Notes under the pieces: model-generated
Seen by the model: the letters and a program-made list of their open reading frames with translations, nothing else
What the model was told of the DNA's origin: nothing
The model's database searches: none
Shown here: in pieces, positions 48,587 to 58,946 of the stretch
Layout of the letters: each line of letters begins with the position of its first letter
Numbering within the stretch: the first letter of the stretch is position 1
Source: a virus
UHGV virus genome: UHGV-0015805
Length of the DNA stretch: 64,000 nucleotides
Strand: one strand, 5' to 3'
Made by a program: the position numbers and the translations under genes

Positions 48587-49612
48587 TTATGACCGTTTCT
48601 TGCCCTTCTTCTTATCAAACCATCTTGGCGGCTCATCTGTCATATTATAGTCAATAAATTCTTCGCGGTCCTGCTTTTCAAATTCTGTATCAAGCTGTTT
48701 TGTCTTGCGGACTTTGATTTGCGCCCGTTCTTGAATATTATCTAACGCAACAATACGCTGATAGAGTCGCTTAATCTCTTCTCGTAGGAAAGATTCTTCT
48801 GCGCCCCAAATAACATTGACAACGCGCATATCAGAATAATCTTCGGCTTCAAACTCGGCTCTGACCATGTTGCGCAGATTGATTTCAAATAAATGCCACT
48901 TTTCTTCAGGCATCCAACCAAGTGAGCCGTCAGACATAAGAAAATCTTCACCCTCTACGCTTCTTAATGCTCTGCCCCAAACAGCTTGGCACCGTTTTTC
49001 AAGGTTTGAGCCAATTGGAACATTCTTGGCAATCTTGTATTCAATGCCGTCCTCTTTTGATTTAATGATTGTGTACAGTCTAAAACCATAGCGATGCATG
49101 ATAACATGCCGCTCGTTCATGTTTTGAATCCGGCGCTTAGTCCATCTTGACAAAATGTGGTAGACGGTCTTGCTCATGTCGTTCATGTATAAAATGTCCT
49201 CGCCGTCTGATACTTCTTTCAGACGGTCGATATTGACACAATACTTAAAATTATCATTGACCTCGCCGAACAATTGAAGCAATTCCAAGTTGCTGACATA
49301 AAGGGATTCTTTGGGGTAGGGCAGAAGAGCAGAATACAAAACAGCGTCAAACAAAAGCTGCTGTTTTGGCACGCCTGTAATTTTAGATTGGACCAAGGCA
49401 GATGCGGCTTCGTCATAAACTTTGACAATGTTATATCTGTCTGCGCCTTCGACCTTTTCAAAATCACAGTATGCTTCAAGGTCTTTGAAAAATGTTTTCT
49501 TTTGATTTCCACCAGATTGCTTGACGCCCAATGTCTTGCATAGATTGGCATATGACGCGGTACTTCCCTCAAGGTCTTTAAGCTTGACAATTTGGTCTTT
49601 TGTAAATTTCAT
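48587..49612 (-). CDS. hypothetical protein with N-terminal HTH-like segment (first gene of the late block)
   Basis: 341 aa. SYANLCKTLGVKQSGG is HTH-like. Basic C-terminus. Confidence 0.45.
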   Translation of the reverse strand: MKFTKDQIVKLKDLEGSTASYANLCKTLGVKQSGGNQKKTFFKDLEAYCDFEKVEGADRYNIVKVYDEAASALVQSKITGVPKQQLLFDAVLYSALLPYPKESLYVSNLELLQLFGEVNDNFKYCVNIDRLKEVSDGEDILYMNDMSKTVYHILSRWTKRRIQNMNERHVIMHRYGFRLYTIIKSKEDGIEYKIAKNVPIGSNLEKRCQAVWGRALRSVEGEDFLMSDGSLGWMPEEKWHLFEINLRNMVRAEFEAEDYSDMRVVNVIWGAEESFLREEIKRLYQRIVALDNIQERAQIKVRKTKQLDTEFEKQDREEFIDYNMTDEPPRWFDKKKGKKRS

Positions 49613-49651
49613 TAAATCGTCCTTTCTGTCAGAAGTGCTCTGACAAGCATG

Positions 49652-49680
49652 AGTATATCAAGTTAATTCTGCAATGTCAA
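49652..49680 (-). promoter_or_regulatory. late-block promoter TTGACA-17-TATACT (minus strand)
   Basis: -35 TTGACA = plus 49675-49680 (rc), 17-nt spacer, -10 TATACT = plus 49652-49657 (rc). Confidence 0.5.
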
Positions 49681-49689
49681 GGGTTTTAA

Positions 49690-50990
<1,301 letters not shown>

Positions 50991-50992
50991 CA

Positions 50993-51021
50993 TTGAATCA
51001 GCCCGCCGCGGGTGATACAAT
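50993..51021 (+). promoter_or_regulatory. early promoter TTGAAT-17-TACAAT
   Basis: TTGAAT 50993-98, 17-nt spacer containing a CCCGCCGCGGG hairpin, TACAAT 51016-21. Confidence 0.45.
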
Positions 51022-51053
51022 AAAGCCAGAAAGAAACGAAAGGAGGCGAAAAC

Positions 51054-51158
51054 ATGAGCACCAAAACAGAACGCGAGCTTGCAGCAATCCGCGAAACGCT
51101 AGCAATGATTGCCGCGATACTGTCCGAGATTGCCGAGACAATCAAAAAGCAGTAAACC
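51054..51158 (+). CDS. small protein (34 aa)
   Basis: AGGAGG RBS at 51041. MSTKTERELAAIRETLAMIAAILSEIAETIKKQ. Confidence 0.4.
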
Positions 51159-51245
51159 AAAGCAGGACAGCAGGGGCGGACACAGCACCCGCCCCGAGCC
51201 CCTGCACCAAAAAAAACAAAAAAAAAGAATAGGAGAAAAAGAAAA

Positions 51246-51698
51246 ATGAAAAACACACGTACAGCCAAAAAAATCATAGATGAAATTATTGCATATTTTA
51301 AGGAGCACGAAGACACCTACAACGCCGCAGCGGAGGAGCTCGACGCATACAACGGATATCTTGAAGACGATCGCTATTATAATATGGACGAGCTCGACGA
51401 GCTTTATAACGGTACAGAGCCGAGCGAAATTCTTTCCCGCGCTTTTTACGGCTACGACGAAGAGACCTGGACGACCGACGCAAGCGGAAATAAAGAGTAT
51501 GGGCAATTTAATCCAAACCGCGAATATTTCCGATATAACGGATACGGCAATTTTGTATCCGCCGATTATAAAGACTATACGGGACTACTTGACCATTATA
51601 TTATCGAGAGCATGCTCGAAAATCGAAATTATATTGACACTATCGACGACACGCCCGAGCTTTCCGCTTTGTTTGACGAGCTCGAAAATGCAGATTGA
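51246..51698 (+). CDS. highly acidic Tyr/Asp/Glu-rich early protein
   Basis: 150 aa, strong negative charge. RBS AGGAGAAAAAGAAAAATG. Confidence 0.5.
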   Translation: MKNTRTAKKIIDEIIAYFKEHEDTYNAAAEELDAYNGYLEDDRYYNMDELDELYNGTEPSEILSRAFYGYDEETWTTDASGNKEYGQFNPNREYFRYNGYGNFVSADYKDYTGLLDHYIIESMLENRNYIDTIDDTPELSALFDELENAD

Positions 51699-51734
51699 AA
51701 AATCAATTTTCAAATTTTGAGGAGGTTTTCAAAA

Positions 51735-51857
51735 ATGGAATTTTTCGCCCTTTGCTTGCTCGGCGGGTTTGTGCCTGGCTGCCTGATTTTTGGCATCCTG
51801 CACGAGCTGCGCAAAAATGACAGACAAGCTCGAAACGGTCAAGGCGCGCGGCGCTGA
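51735..51857 (+). CDS. small membrane peptide (40 aa)
   Basis: GAGGAGG RBS. MEFFALCLLGGFVPGCLIFGILHELRKN... Confidence 0.35.
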   Translation: MEFFALCLLGGFVPGCLIFGILHELRKNDRQARNGQGARR

Positions 51858-51894
51858 AAATTGAAATTGAAAAATCAAAAAGGAGATTGCAAAA

Positions 51895-52473
51895 ATGAAA
51901 TATAGAGCTTATCAGATTGCGCCCGAATATCAAGAAAGCCCGTTGAACGATGATTTTAACAATTTGGAATGCATGGAAATTTACGGAAATACAAGTTATT
52001 TGCGGCATACCTCACAAACATTTGAGAGCATTCTTGACGCCTTAAATTATGACAATTTCGACGCGCTCGACATTTCAGAAACTGACGAAAAGCTGCTACA
52101 TGAACTATCGGAGAAATATGCATACGCAGGACGCAACGAGGAAATTATAGCCGCAACATTATCTATTGTAACTGGGCAAGAATGGAAGTACAAAAAAATT
52201 CGCGGCAGCTGTCAAAGCGACTGGAATATTATCTATTATTGCCCGGAGTTGTGGAGCGGAGAAGCTTTGCGCGCGTTTGAAATAGAATACTTCAACGAAG
52301 GCACAGAGTGGAGAGTGCAGGATGAAAACGGCGAAGACGTATATATTTATGTGCACGAATACGGGCAGGAAAAGAATGAAATATCGAAGGCGCTCGGCGT
52401 AAATACTGCGGATATTGTTTTATACTGGTTTGACGGCTGGACAAAAACAGAAAAATATAGAATGGAGGATTAA
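51895..52473 (+). CDS. hypothetical acidic early protein
   Basis: 192 aa. RBS AAAGGAG. Confidence 0.5.
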   Translation: MKYRAYQIAPEYQESPLNDDFNNLECMEIYGNTSYLRHTSQTFESILDALNYDNFDALDISETDEKLLHELSEKYAYAGRNEEIIAATLSIVTGQEWKYKKIRGSCQSDWNIIYYCPELWSGEALRAFEIEYFNEGTEWRVQDENGEDVYIYVHEYGQEKNEISKALGVNTADIVLYWFDGWTKTEKYRMED

Positions 52474-52476
52474 AAA

Positions 52477-52707
52477 ATGATCATACTAAACCGTAAAGCC
52501 GGAGAGGATGCCCGGCGCTACGGGTCCGCACGTTGGCCCGGCTCGTTTCCGATGCTATCAAAAATGCCGGAAGGCTCCCGTCTTGTAGCTGTCCGCACTG
52601 ATACAGGCGACATTATAGCCGAGACACGGGAGCAGGACCCCGCGCAAATTATAGCGCTGCTCACGCCTTTTTACACCGACACAACCGCGCGCCGCTATTG
52701 CATATAA
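52477..52707 (+). CDS. hypothetical protein
   Basis: 76-aa ORF directly after the previous gene. Confidence 0.4.
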   Translation: MIILNRKAGEDARRYGSARWPGSFPMLSKMPEGSRLVAVRTDTGDIIAETREQDPAQIIALLTPFYTDTTARRYCI

Positions 52708-52722
52708 TCCGCGGATGCTTAA

Positions 52723-52760
52723 GCCCTTGCAGTGATGCAGGGGCTTTTCTTTTTTTTCTT
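52723..52760 (+). terminator. intrinsic terminator
   Basis: 9-bp stem GCCCUUGCA/UGCAGGGGC with GUGA tetraloop, then UUUUCUUUUUUUUC. Confidence 0.55.
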
Positions 52761-53039
52761 CAATCAGTGAATGACCGACCAGTTATCAAATACCGAGCAG
52801 GGCGTTTTCTTTTTTCTCCAGACCCTGTTTGTGCCAATTCTGGAACTCTATTTTTTTTGCGTGCGCACGAATATCCCCATATAATACATATATATGTATA
52901 TACATACAATATGGCATATGCATAAACACTATTATTTTAAGCTATAAGCGCATGAAACAATATAGGTATATAGATACTACCCCATTACTATAAAACACGC
53001 ATACAGCAAAAAAAATAATATGATCTATGACAATTTTAA

Positions 53040-53450
53040 TTATATGAATCCAGCACTTAAATTAGAAAATTGATTTTTGATTTTGATTTTGCAAATGCGA
53101 AAACAAAAAAAGAAAAGAAAGAACCAAAGAAAAGAAATTATAAATTTAGTTTTATTATTTATTATTATATATAATAATTATTATAATAAATTAAATTATA
53201 TAATTATAATATTAAAATTAAAATATTAAATATAATAATAAATATATAATATCAATTATCTAATATCAAATAACACAATAATAATATATAAATACCGAAA
53301 TACAAAATAGAAAATAGAATTTGAGTTTTGAAAATGGAAATTCAAAAATTATTTTTGAAAATTTGAAAATAGTATTGACAAAGCAAAATTAAAATGCTAT
53401 AATTCAAAATGAAAAATGAAAATTGAAATTCGGAAATGGAAATTAGAAAG
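53040..53450. repeat. AT-rich region with GAAAAT(N)GAAAT iteron-like repeats upstream of the DHH gene
   Basis: Multiple copies of GAAAATGGAAATT, GAAAATTGAAATT and GGAAATGGAAATT, and TTGATTTTTGATTTTGATTTTG. Similar motifs at 51686-51890. Confidence 0.4.
53375..53403 (+). promoter_or_regulatory. consensus promoter TTGACA-17-TATAAT
   Basis: TTGACA 53375-80 and TATAAT 53398-403. Confidence 0.6.
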
Positions 53451-55090
53451 TGAAAATTGAAAAACGAATTAAGAAACCCGAATCTGAAATTGATTTTGGG
53501 AATTTGGTTTTTGAACATTTGATTGCCTGTGGAGTTGCCGAGCCCGAGAAATGGATTTCAGCGGGCGAGTCCGATATTCAAAATCCAATTTTAGATGAGC
53601 CGACCAAGCAGGGAATTGCAATCTTGAAATCTGCAATTGAAAATCAAAAAACGATTTCGGTTTTAGCCGACGCAGACTTTGACGGCATTTTGTCCTCAGC
53701 GGTCATGTGTGATTTTTTGAAAAAACAAAATGCAAGATTCAATCTTGTCACACATAAAGGCAAAAAGCATGGGATTACAAAAGAAGCCGCAAAGCAAATT
53801 TGGGATTACAAAACCGAGTTGTTGATTGTGCCCGATGCTGGAACAGACCCAAACAAGAATGCTGAAATTTTGTGCAATAGCGGTTGCACAATTTTAGTTC
53901 TCGACCATCACAAGTCGACAAAGAAAAATCCATATGCGACAATTGTAAATCCGTTTTTGCAGAAGAGCGATTTGGTCAATCGTGATTTGTCTGGCACATG
54001 TGTGACTATAAAATTCATTATAGCATATTGCAATGCAAATAATATCAGCCCGCCGTATTATTGGGACATTGGTGCAGCAAGTATTGTTTCGGATATGTGT
54101 TCGATTCGTGGAATTGAAAATATTGCAATTCTACGCACCGGGCTTAAAAGAGTGGAAAATGAGTTTTTGCAATTTCTATATGACCGTCTTGCAAAAGGAG
54201 ACCGAAGTGCAAAGTCAATCGGATGGAGCATTGCCCCAATTGCTAATGCGTTGACAAGAGTTGAAGATTCAGATATTGAGTTATTCATTCGGGCATTCCT
54301 TGGCGAGATTGATTTCTCAGACGCAATCCATGCAGGACGGACGGCTAAAACAGTACAGGCAAATGCAACGAAAGCAATGTCCGAAGATTCGCCGCCTAAA
54401 GAAGCGGGACCGTTTATAGTTAGCTTTGTTAACAAGCAATGGGCGCCATATACCGGGCTATATGCGAACAGTATTTTAGGCAATTACCACAAGCCCACAT
54501 TAGTCTTGCGAGAGCAATCTGACAAATCATATTCAGGCTCAATGCGTGCGCCCAATGAAATTATGGACTTGCTTAATTCATCTAAGTTGTGTAGAGTGCA
54601 AGGGCATGATGCAGCTGCGGGCATCACAATTAAAAAGCAGGACTATGACAAGCTAATCGAATGGGCAAAGTATCAAAATGAGCTTTTGGCTGATACTTTA
54701 GAATTTTGTGATTGTGATTTGGAGCTTAAAGATATTGACATTGCATTGGTCGAAAAATTATTAGAGCAGACCAAGTGTATGTGTAATGATGTGCCTGCAC
54801 CCGTGTTTCATATTGTGCTTGACAGCCCAAAAGTGACCGTTTATCGCAAGAGAACAAACACAATTAAGTTTGAATCGGGAGGCTTTGATTTTCTATACTT
54901 CATGGCATCAAATGATATAGCAGAACAAGCCGAAACACATGCTTATGGCTCGTGCCAAGTTGAGTGCTTATTTGAATTGAGCATTAACGAATACATGAGC
55001 AAAAAGAAAATTCAAGCAATTGTTAGGAAGTTTGAAATTTCACACAGGACAGACATTGGCAATATTGATTGGGATGATATTTTTAAGTGA
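53450..55090 (+). CDS. DHH-DHHA1 family phosphoesterase (RecJ-like exonuclease or nanoRNase-like)
   Basis: GTG start. ADADFDGILS (DxD), LVLDHHKS (DHH), QGHDAAAGI (GGGH-AAG-like DHHA1 motif). Confidence 0.6.
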   Translation: MKIEKRIKKPESEIDFGNLVFEHLIACGVAEPEKWISAGESDIQNPILDEPTKQGIAILKSAIENQKTISVLADADFDGILSSAVMCDFLKKQNARFNLVTHKGKKHGITKEAAKQIWDYKTELLIVPDAGTDPNKNAEILCNSGCTILVLDHHKSTKKNPYATIVNPFLQKSDLVNRDLSGTCVTIKFIIAYCNANNISPPYYWDIGAASIVSDMCSIRGIENIAILRTGLKRVENEFLQFLYDRLAKGDRSAKSIGWSIAPIANALTRVEDSDIELFIRAFLGEIDFSDAIHAGRTAKTVQANATKAMSEDSPPKEAGPFIVSFVNKQWAPYTGLYANSILGNYHKPTLVLREQSDKSYSGSMRAPNEIMDLLNSSKLCRVQGHDAAAGITIKKQDYDKLIEWAKYQNELLADTLEFCDCDLELKDIDIALVEKLLEQTKCMCNDVPAPVFHIVLDSPKVTVYRKRTNTIKFESGGFDFLYFMASNDIAEQAETHAYGSCQVECLFELSINEYMSKKKIQAIVRKFEISHRTDIGNIDWDDIFK

Positions 55091-55102
55091 GGAGGCAATA
55101 GG

Positions 55103-55399
55103 ATGATTACATTGAAACAGCACAGAGGCATGTCTATGCAAGCAAGCATCGACACATATGTTCGCCTGTTCTGGACGAAGCATAGGAACTGCCAAGTAAT
55201 TGTTGTGCTCGAAACATCATATGATGGCGAGTTGTGGTCGAACTTTAACGCAATTGCATTCCCGCTTATTGAAGCAAGTGGCGATGTGCGTGTTGGTTGG
55301 TTGAATGACATTCTTGACGGAGAGGATTATGTCCGAATTCTTGGTATTCAAGATATTCAATCAATTGATGTGTATGGCGGCTTGCCCGAGGAGGTTTGA
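55103..55399 (+). CDS. hypothetical protein
   Basis: 98 aa. GAGGAGG RBS. Confidence 0.5.
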   Translation: MITLKQHRGMSMQASIDTYVRLFWTKHRNCQVIVVLETSYDGELWSNFNAIAFPLIEASGDVRVGWLNDILDGEDYVRILGIQDIQSIDVYGGLPEEV

Positions 55400-55524
55400 A
55401 TGTTGTTCAAAGATAAATTTGAAATCAAACCAACACAATTCTTAGACGGGCACACAGACCCGAACAGTTTTGATTTAATTAAGTGGTATGACCACAAGCC
55501 GATGAAAGTATTGAGCATTACATA
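55399..55524 (+). CDS. small ORF (41 aa)
   Basis: GGAGG RBS. Start overlaps the upstream stop (TGAATG). Confidence 0.3.
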
Positions 55525-55703
55525 GCAGAAAGAAATCACAACAACTCGCTCATGTTATTCCGTCGCTATATTGCGATATAATGAGAAAGAGCCGTGTTGG
55601 GAAATTGAATCTGTCGGCATGCGATTGATGGAAGATTGGGAAGATGGGCTTGATAAGTATATATTAAAGTGGTGTGAATTTATGGATGCTTGCAGAGGTG
55701 GAT

Positions 55704-56087
55704 ATGAAGAGTGATAATAAACGACCACTGATAAGCTGCATTGCGTTTGTTTGCAAGAATACAGAATCAGCCAAAAGAACAATAAAACATCTCGAGAATG
55801 AATATGGGTTTGATTTAATATGGCGCGAAGGAAGGCGGTGGCGGCTGGAATCTGCAAATGGGCAATTTGTTGAGATATGGACATACGGACCGTTTAACAC
55901 GATGCGTGCGAGTAGATACCACATTGTTTTTGTCGAAGAGTGCGTTTATGCCAAAATGTATGAGAAAGCATGTTGCAATACATGGCGCGTTGACAATGTT
56001 ATTTCAAGCATTATTCCGACGCCGTTTAGATTTGACAACCCGCGTTCTGATAATATTCTTAATTTTGATAAGGAGCGAGACACATGA
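55704..56087 (+). CDS. hypothetical protein
   Basis: Likely start MKSDNKRPLISC with GAGGTGG RBS. The track ORF is 55674..56087. Confidence 0.4.
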   Translation: MKSDNKRPLISCIAFVCKNTESAKRTIKHLENEYGFDLIWREGRRWRLESANGQFVEIWTYGPFNTMRASRYHIVFVEECVYAKMYEKACCNTWRVDNVISSIIPTPFRFDNPRSDNILNFDKERDT

Positions 56088-56218
56088 ACAGTGATGATTT
56101 AACTGATTTTCTGTTAAGCATGTCGCTGGAAGATGTTCTAAAAGCGACCGCGCAGATTCGCAAGGACATACAGAGAGTTTTATGCTGTGACGCGAAAGTA
56201 GGTGATAATAAACGATGA
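56084..56218 (+). CDS. small ORF (44 aa)
   Basis: AAGGAG RBS. ATGA overlap with the upstream gene. Confidence 0.3.
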   Translation: MNSDDLTDFLLSMSLEDVLKATAQIRKDIQRVLCCDAKVGDNKR

Positions 56219-56484
56219 CAACTTCTATTGCCATGTATTGTTTGTCGAAGCGGGCGGTTGTCGGGGTGTTCCCATATACAGAAGAGCTTAAACAAAGACT
56301 CAAGAAAGAGTATGATTTGATTCCGAACAAAGAGGATTATGAATTTTTGTATGTTGGGTTTGACTATTCAAACTTGGAAGAATGGTGCAGAGAAAGATTA
56401 AAGGAAGTAGATGTGGGTAAAGGAGCCGCAAAGCAGAGAATTGCGCATGAGTGCAGATTTGACGGAAGCCCTTCAGGCATCTGA
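56215..56484 (+). CDS. hypothetical protein
   Basis: 89 aa. Its C-terminal 25 aa are paralogous to the remnant at 56858-56938. Confidence 0.45.
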   Translation: MTTSIAMYCLSKRAVVGVFPYTEELKQRLKKEYDLIPNKEDYEFLYVGFDYSNLEEWCRERLKEVDVGKGAAKQRIAHECRFDGSPSGI

Positions 56485-56535
56485 CGAATTTATAAGAAAG
56501 TTGATAAATATGATAGATAAAGGAGATTTTATAAA

Positions 56536-56859
56536 ATGATTTATTCAATTTCAAGCGACAAGCTATACACTATTTGGATTGAGGACGAATTTAAGGGCGA
56601 AAAGATATACGACGTTGAGTTTCTTTCTTTTGATGAGGAAATCGCACAGAAACATCTTGAAGAGCGCACAAAAGAAATTCCTAGCGCAAAATTTTCAATG
56701 CGAGTATTTTCTGTTGGGGGGATGCGAAAGTTGTCTGGCGAAACATATTATAAAGCAGTCGGAATTGCAAAAGTATTAGAAGAAGAAGAGGAAAAGGAAC
56801 GCATGGCATATTGGGAAGCGCATCCGCAGGAATATATGGACGCGTGTGTGTGGGGCTGA
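56536..56859 (+). CDS. hypothetical protein
   Basis: 107 aa. AAAGGAG RBS. Confidence 0.5.
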   Translation: MIYSISSDKLYTIWIEDEFKGEKIYDVEFLSFDEEIAQKHLEERTKEIPSAKFSMRVFSVGGMRKLSGETYYKAVGIAKVLEEEEEKERMAYWEAHPQEYMDACVWG

Positions 56860-56938
56860 TAGAGAAAGGCTAAAAGAAGCAGATGCAGGCGAGGAAGCTG
56901 CAAAGCGGAAAATTTCGCGCGAGTGTAGCTTTGAATAG
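56858..56938 (+). pseudogene. frameshifted remnant of a paralogue of the 56215..56484 gene C-terminus
   Basis: Translates to DRERLKEADAGEEAAKRKISRECSFE*, versus ERLKEVDVGKGAAKQRIAHECRFDGS in the intact gene. No start codon and out of frame with the upstream gene. Confidence 0.4.
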
Positions 56939-56988
56939 AGTTTCCTTGCGGCGTTTGACTAATTTATAAAAAGAGGTGAAATAAATTA

Positions 56989-57093
56989 TGCTTAAACTTG
57001 AACGCATGGATGAACAATGGTATGAAGTCGTCATAGATACGAAGAAGCCGATAGATATTGATTCTGTTATTAAGTTGAAGAGCGCGATGTGAT
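56989..57093 (+). CDS. small ORF (34 aa)
   Basis: AGAGGTG RBS. Stop overlaps the GTG start of the next gene. Confidence 0.3.
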
Positions 57094-57319
57094 TCCAGAT
57101 TTGTGTGTCCATGAGTTGCGTAATGGAGACAAAATTATCGTTTCTCGGCAAACCGTAAAAGATAAATTACGCATTGGTGATAGGTGGAAACAATATCCAT
57201 ATATGACCTGTGTAAGCAATATATATGAGCCGCACAGATGGTGGCAATTTTGGAAATGGCGCAAGATTGTTGGCTATGCCGTGAGGTGTGATAAGGAGGA
57301 TGGGTATGTGGTTGAATAA
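57089..57319 (+). CDS. hypothetical protein
   Basis: 76 aa, Trp-rich. Confidence 0.4.
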   Translation: MIPDLCVHELRNGDKIIVSRQTVKDKLRIGDRWKQYPYMTCVSNIYEPHRWWQFWKWRKIVGYAVRCDKEDGYVVE

Positions 57320-57662
57320 AGTTATAAACAAAATTCGCAACATAGATAAAATCGATGAGTTAACATGCGAATTAAAAGCCAAAGACAGGGACATTACGTG
57401 CTATCAAAGAGCAATTGAGATATTAAAGGGCGAAGTTAAGAAGCTAACAGCAGAGCGTTCTGGCGAACCAGGTTGTGCTCTTGGTTCGTGGTGTGATGAT
57501 TGCAAACATCTTAAACATGCCACGATGCCCAACGAGCAATATATGATACATAATGCACATGATTGTTTTGTCGATGCTTATGCTATATCGCGAGAACTTT
57601 ATCATATTAAATATTGCGGCAAACATACACATGAATTTTGTAAAGAATGGGAGGCGAAATAA
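57303..57662 (+). CDS. Cys/His-rich small protein
   Basis: AAGGAGG RBS. Motifs CALGSWCDDCKH...HDCF...CGKHTHEFCKEW. Confidence 0.45.
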   Translation, partial: GMWLNKVINKIRNIDKIDELTCELKAKDRDITCYQRAIEILKGEVKKLTAERSGEPGCALGSWCDDCKHLKHATMPNEQYMIHNAHDCFVDAYAISRELYHIKYCGKHTHEFCKEWEAK

Positions 57663-57664
57663 TT

Positions 57665-58021
57665 TTGAGGGTTAATAGCAAAGAAGAATATAAATATATA
57701 GATGGATATATTGTACGAACTAAATCCAATGACCGCTTTTATGGCGTAGATGAAATGCGTGAAGCTATGGCTGACGCATATCTAAACAGCGGAGTTTGCG
57801 TTCGGGCAGAAATGAACGAAGATGAAACAAAGCATTATTGCCAATATGATTTTAAGTGCAAGTGTTGGGCGGGCGGATATGAATTCTCGCCGCTCCATGA
57901 TTGTTGTACAGTAAGCACTAAGAAACTAAATGATATGTCAGAAGAAATAATTGGGCTTCGGCGCGAATTAGAGGGCATTAAGCTTAATATCTGCTTAAAG
58001 GAGTGGAGGAAACACAGATAA
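57665..58021 (+). CDS. Cys-rich small protein (paralogous C-terminus to the previous gene)
   Basis: TTG start after GGGAGG. CQYDFKCKCW...HDCC...CLKEW. Confidence 0.4.
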   Translation: MRVNSKEEYKYIDGYIVRTKSNDRFYGVDEMREAMADAYLNSGVCVRAEMNEDETKHYCQYDFKCKCWAGGYEFSPLHDCCTVSTKKLNDMSEEIIGLRRELEGIKLNICLKEWRKHR

Positions 58022-58068
58022 AATCAACGAGCTTGTGGAAGCCGTAAATGAATTGAGAGGTAACAAGA

Positions 58069-58428
58069 ATGAATGAGATATTAAATGCCAAAATCACCAG
58101 TACAAAACTTGGCGAAGATTACGGATGCTTAACCGCCTATGTTATCATGGAAGGCAATGGGTGGGGTTGTGGTTATGGTGGATATGTTCTTGACAGATGG
58201 TGCGCAGAGCCAGGCAGGTACGAATCCCGTGATGGTTATGGTGCAATTATCGAGCTCATGAAAACGGTCGGCGTTGAATCATGGGAAGAACTAAAAGGCA
58301 AGTGTGTCAGAGCCAAATTCGACAGCCCGTTTGGGAAAGTTGTTGCTATTGGTAATTTATTCAAAGACCAATGGTTTTCATTTGAAGAATATTTTGAGGG
58401 AATAAGAAATGGAGAGTGTGTCAAATGA
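58069..58428 (+). CDS. hypothetical protein
   Basis: 119 aa. GWGCGYGGY glycine/aromatic cluster. Confidence 0.45.
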   Translation: MNEILNAKITSTKLGEDYGCLTAYVIMEGNGWGCGYGGYVLDRWCAEPGRYESRDGYGAIIELMKTVGVESWEELKGKCVRAKFDSPFGKVVAIGNLFKDQWFSFEEYFEGIRNGECVK

Positions 58429-58760
58429 AACTGTTTATAGGACATTACTGCGATGATATTTTAGACACCCTTATTCAAGATGCGGTCAAGAATAATGGCG
58501 CAATTATTTGCCCAAGCTACATGCACATTAAGACTATTCTTGCAAGGATTAAAGGCATCACAGGCAAACAAATTCCTGTATATTCTGTCACAGATGGTAA
58601 TATACAGATTGACAATCCAAGTAATGTTTATGTGTATAAAATTGATGAATGCATTTCTGCACTGCTTGGATGTTCTATGGCAGGCGCAAGTATTGGCATT
58701 GATGCGCCAGATGGATTTTGTACTCAAAAAGATATAAAGAAATTTTCAAAAAACCCTTGA
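58425..58760 (+). CDS. hypothetical protein
   Basis: 111 aa. ATGA overlap with the upstream gene. Confidence 0.45.
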   Translation: MKLFIGHYCDDILDTLIQDAVKNNGAIICPSYMHIKTILARIKGITGKQIPVYSVTDGNIQIDNPSNVYVYKIDECISALLGCSMAGASIGIDAPDGFCTQKDIKKFSKNP

Positions 58761-58785
58761 CAAATGAAATTGGCCATGCTATAAT
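58757..58785 (+). promoter_or_regulatory. consensus promoter TTGACA-17-TATAAT
   Basis: TTGACA 58757-62 and TATAAT 58780-85. Confidence 0.55.
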
Positions 58786-58872
58786 AAATAATGTCAAGTG
58801 GCTGGCTTGACAAGAATTCATTTTTCTCCTCCTTTTTCGATATATTATTCTGCGGGTAAAACCGCAGGATAT

Positions 58873-58946
58873 GCTGTAATAGCTCAACGGAAGAGCAATC
58901 GGCTTATAACCGATAGACGATAGTTCGACACTATCTTACAGTACCA
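58873..58946 (+). tRNA. tRNA, anticodon UAU (Ile, AUA-decoding) with encoded CCA
   Basis: Manual fold. Acceptor GCUGUAA/UUACAGU. D arm GCUC-AACGGAA-GAGC. Anticodon arm AUCGG-CUUAUAA-CCGAU. Variable loop AGAC. T arm GAUAG-UUCGACA-CUAUC. U8, A14, G18G19, U33, A37, U54U55C56 and G53-C61 all present. 3' ACCA. Confidence 0.7.

Noticed and set aside
58675-58887. Minus-strand ORF with an internal AAGGAGGAG-ATG (49-aa hydrophobic peptide) antisense to the 58757 promoter
   Set aside because: The RBS-like string is the complement of a T/C-rich spacer. There is no supporting promoter on the minus strand. It is noted as a weak possibility only.
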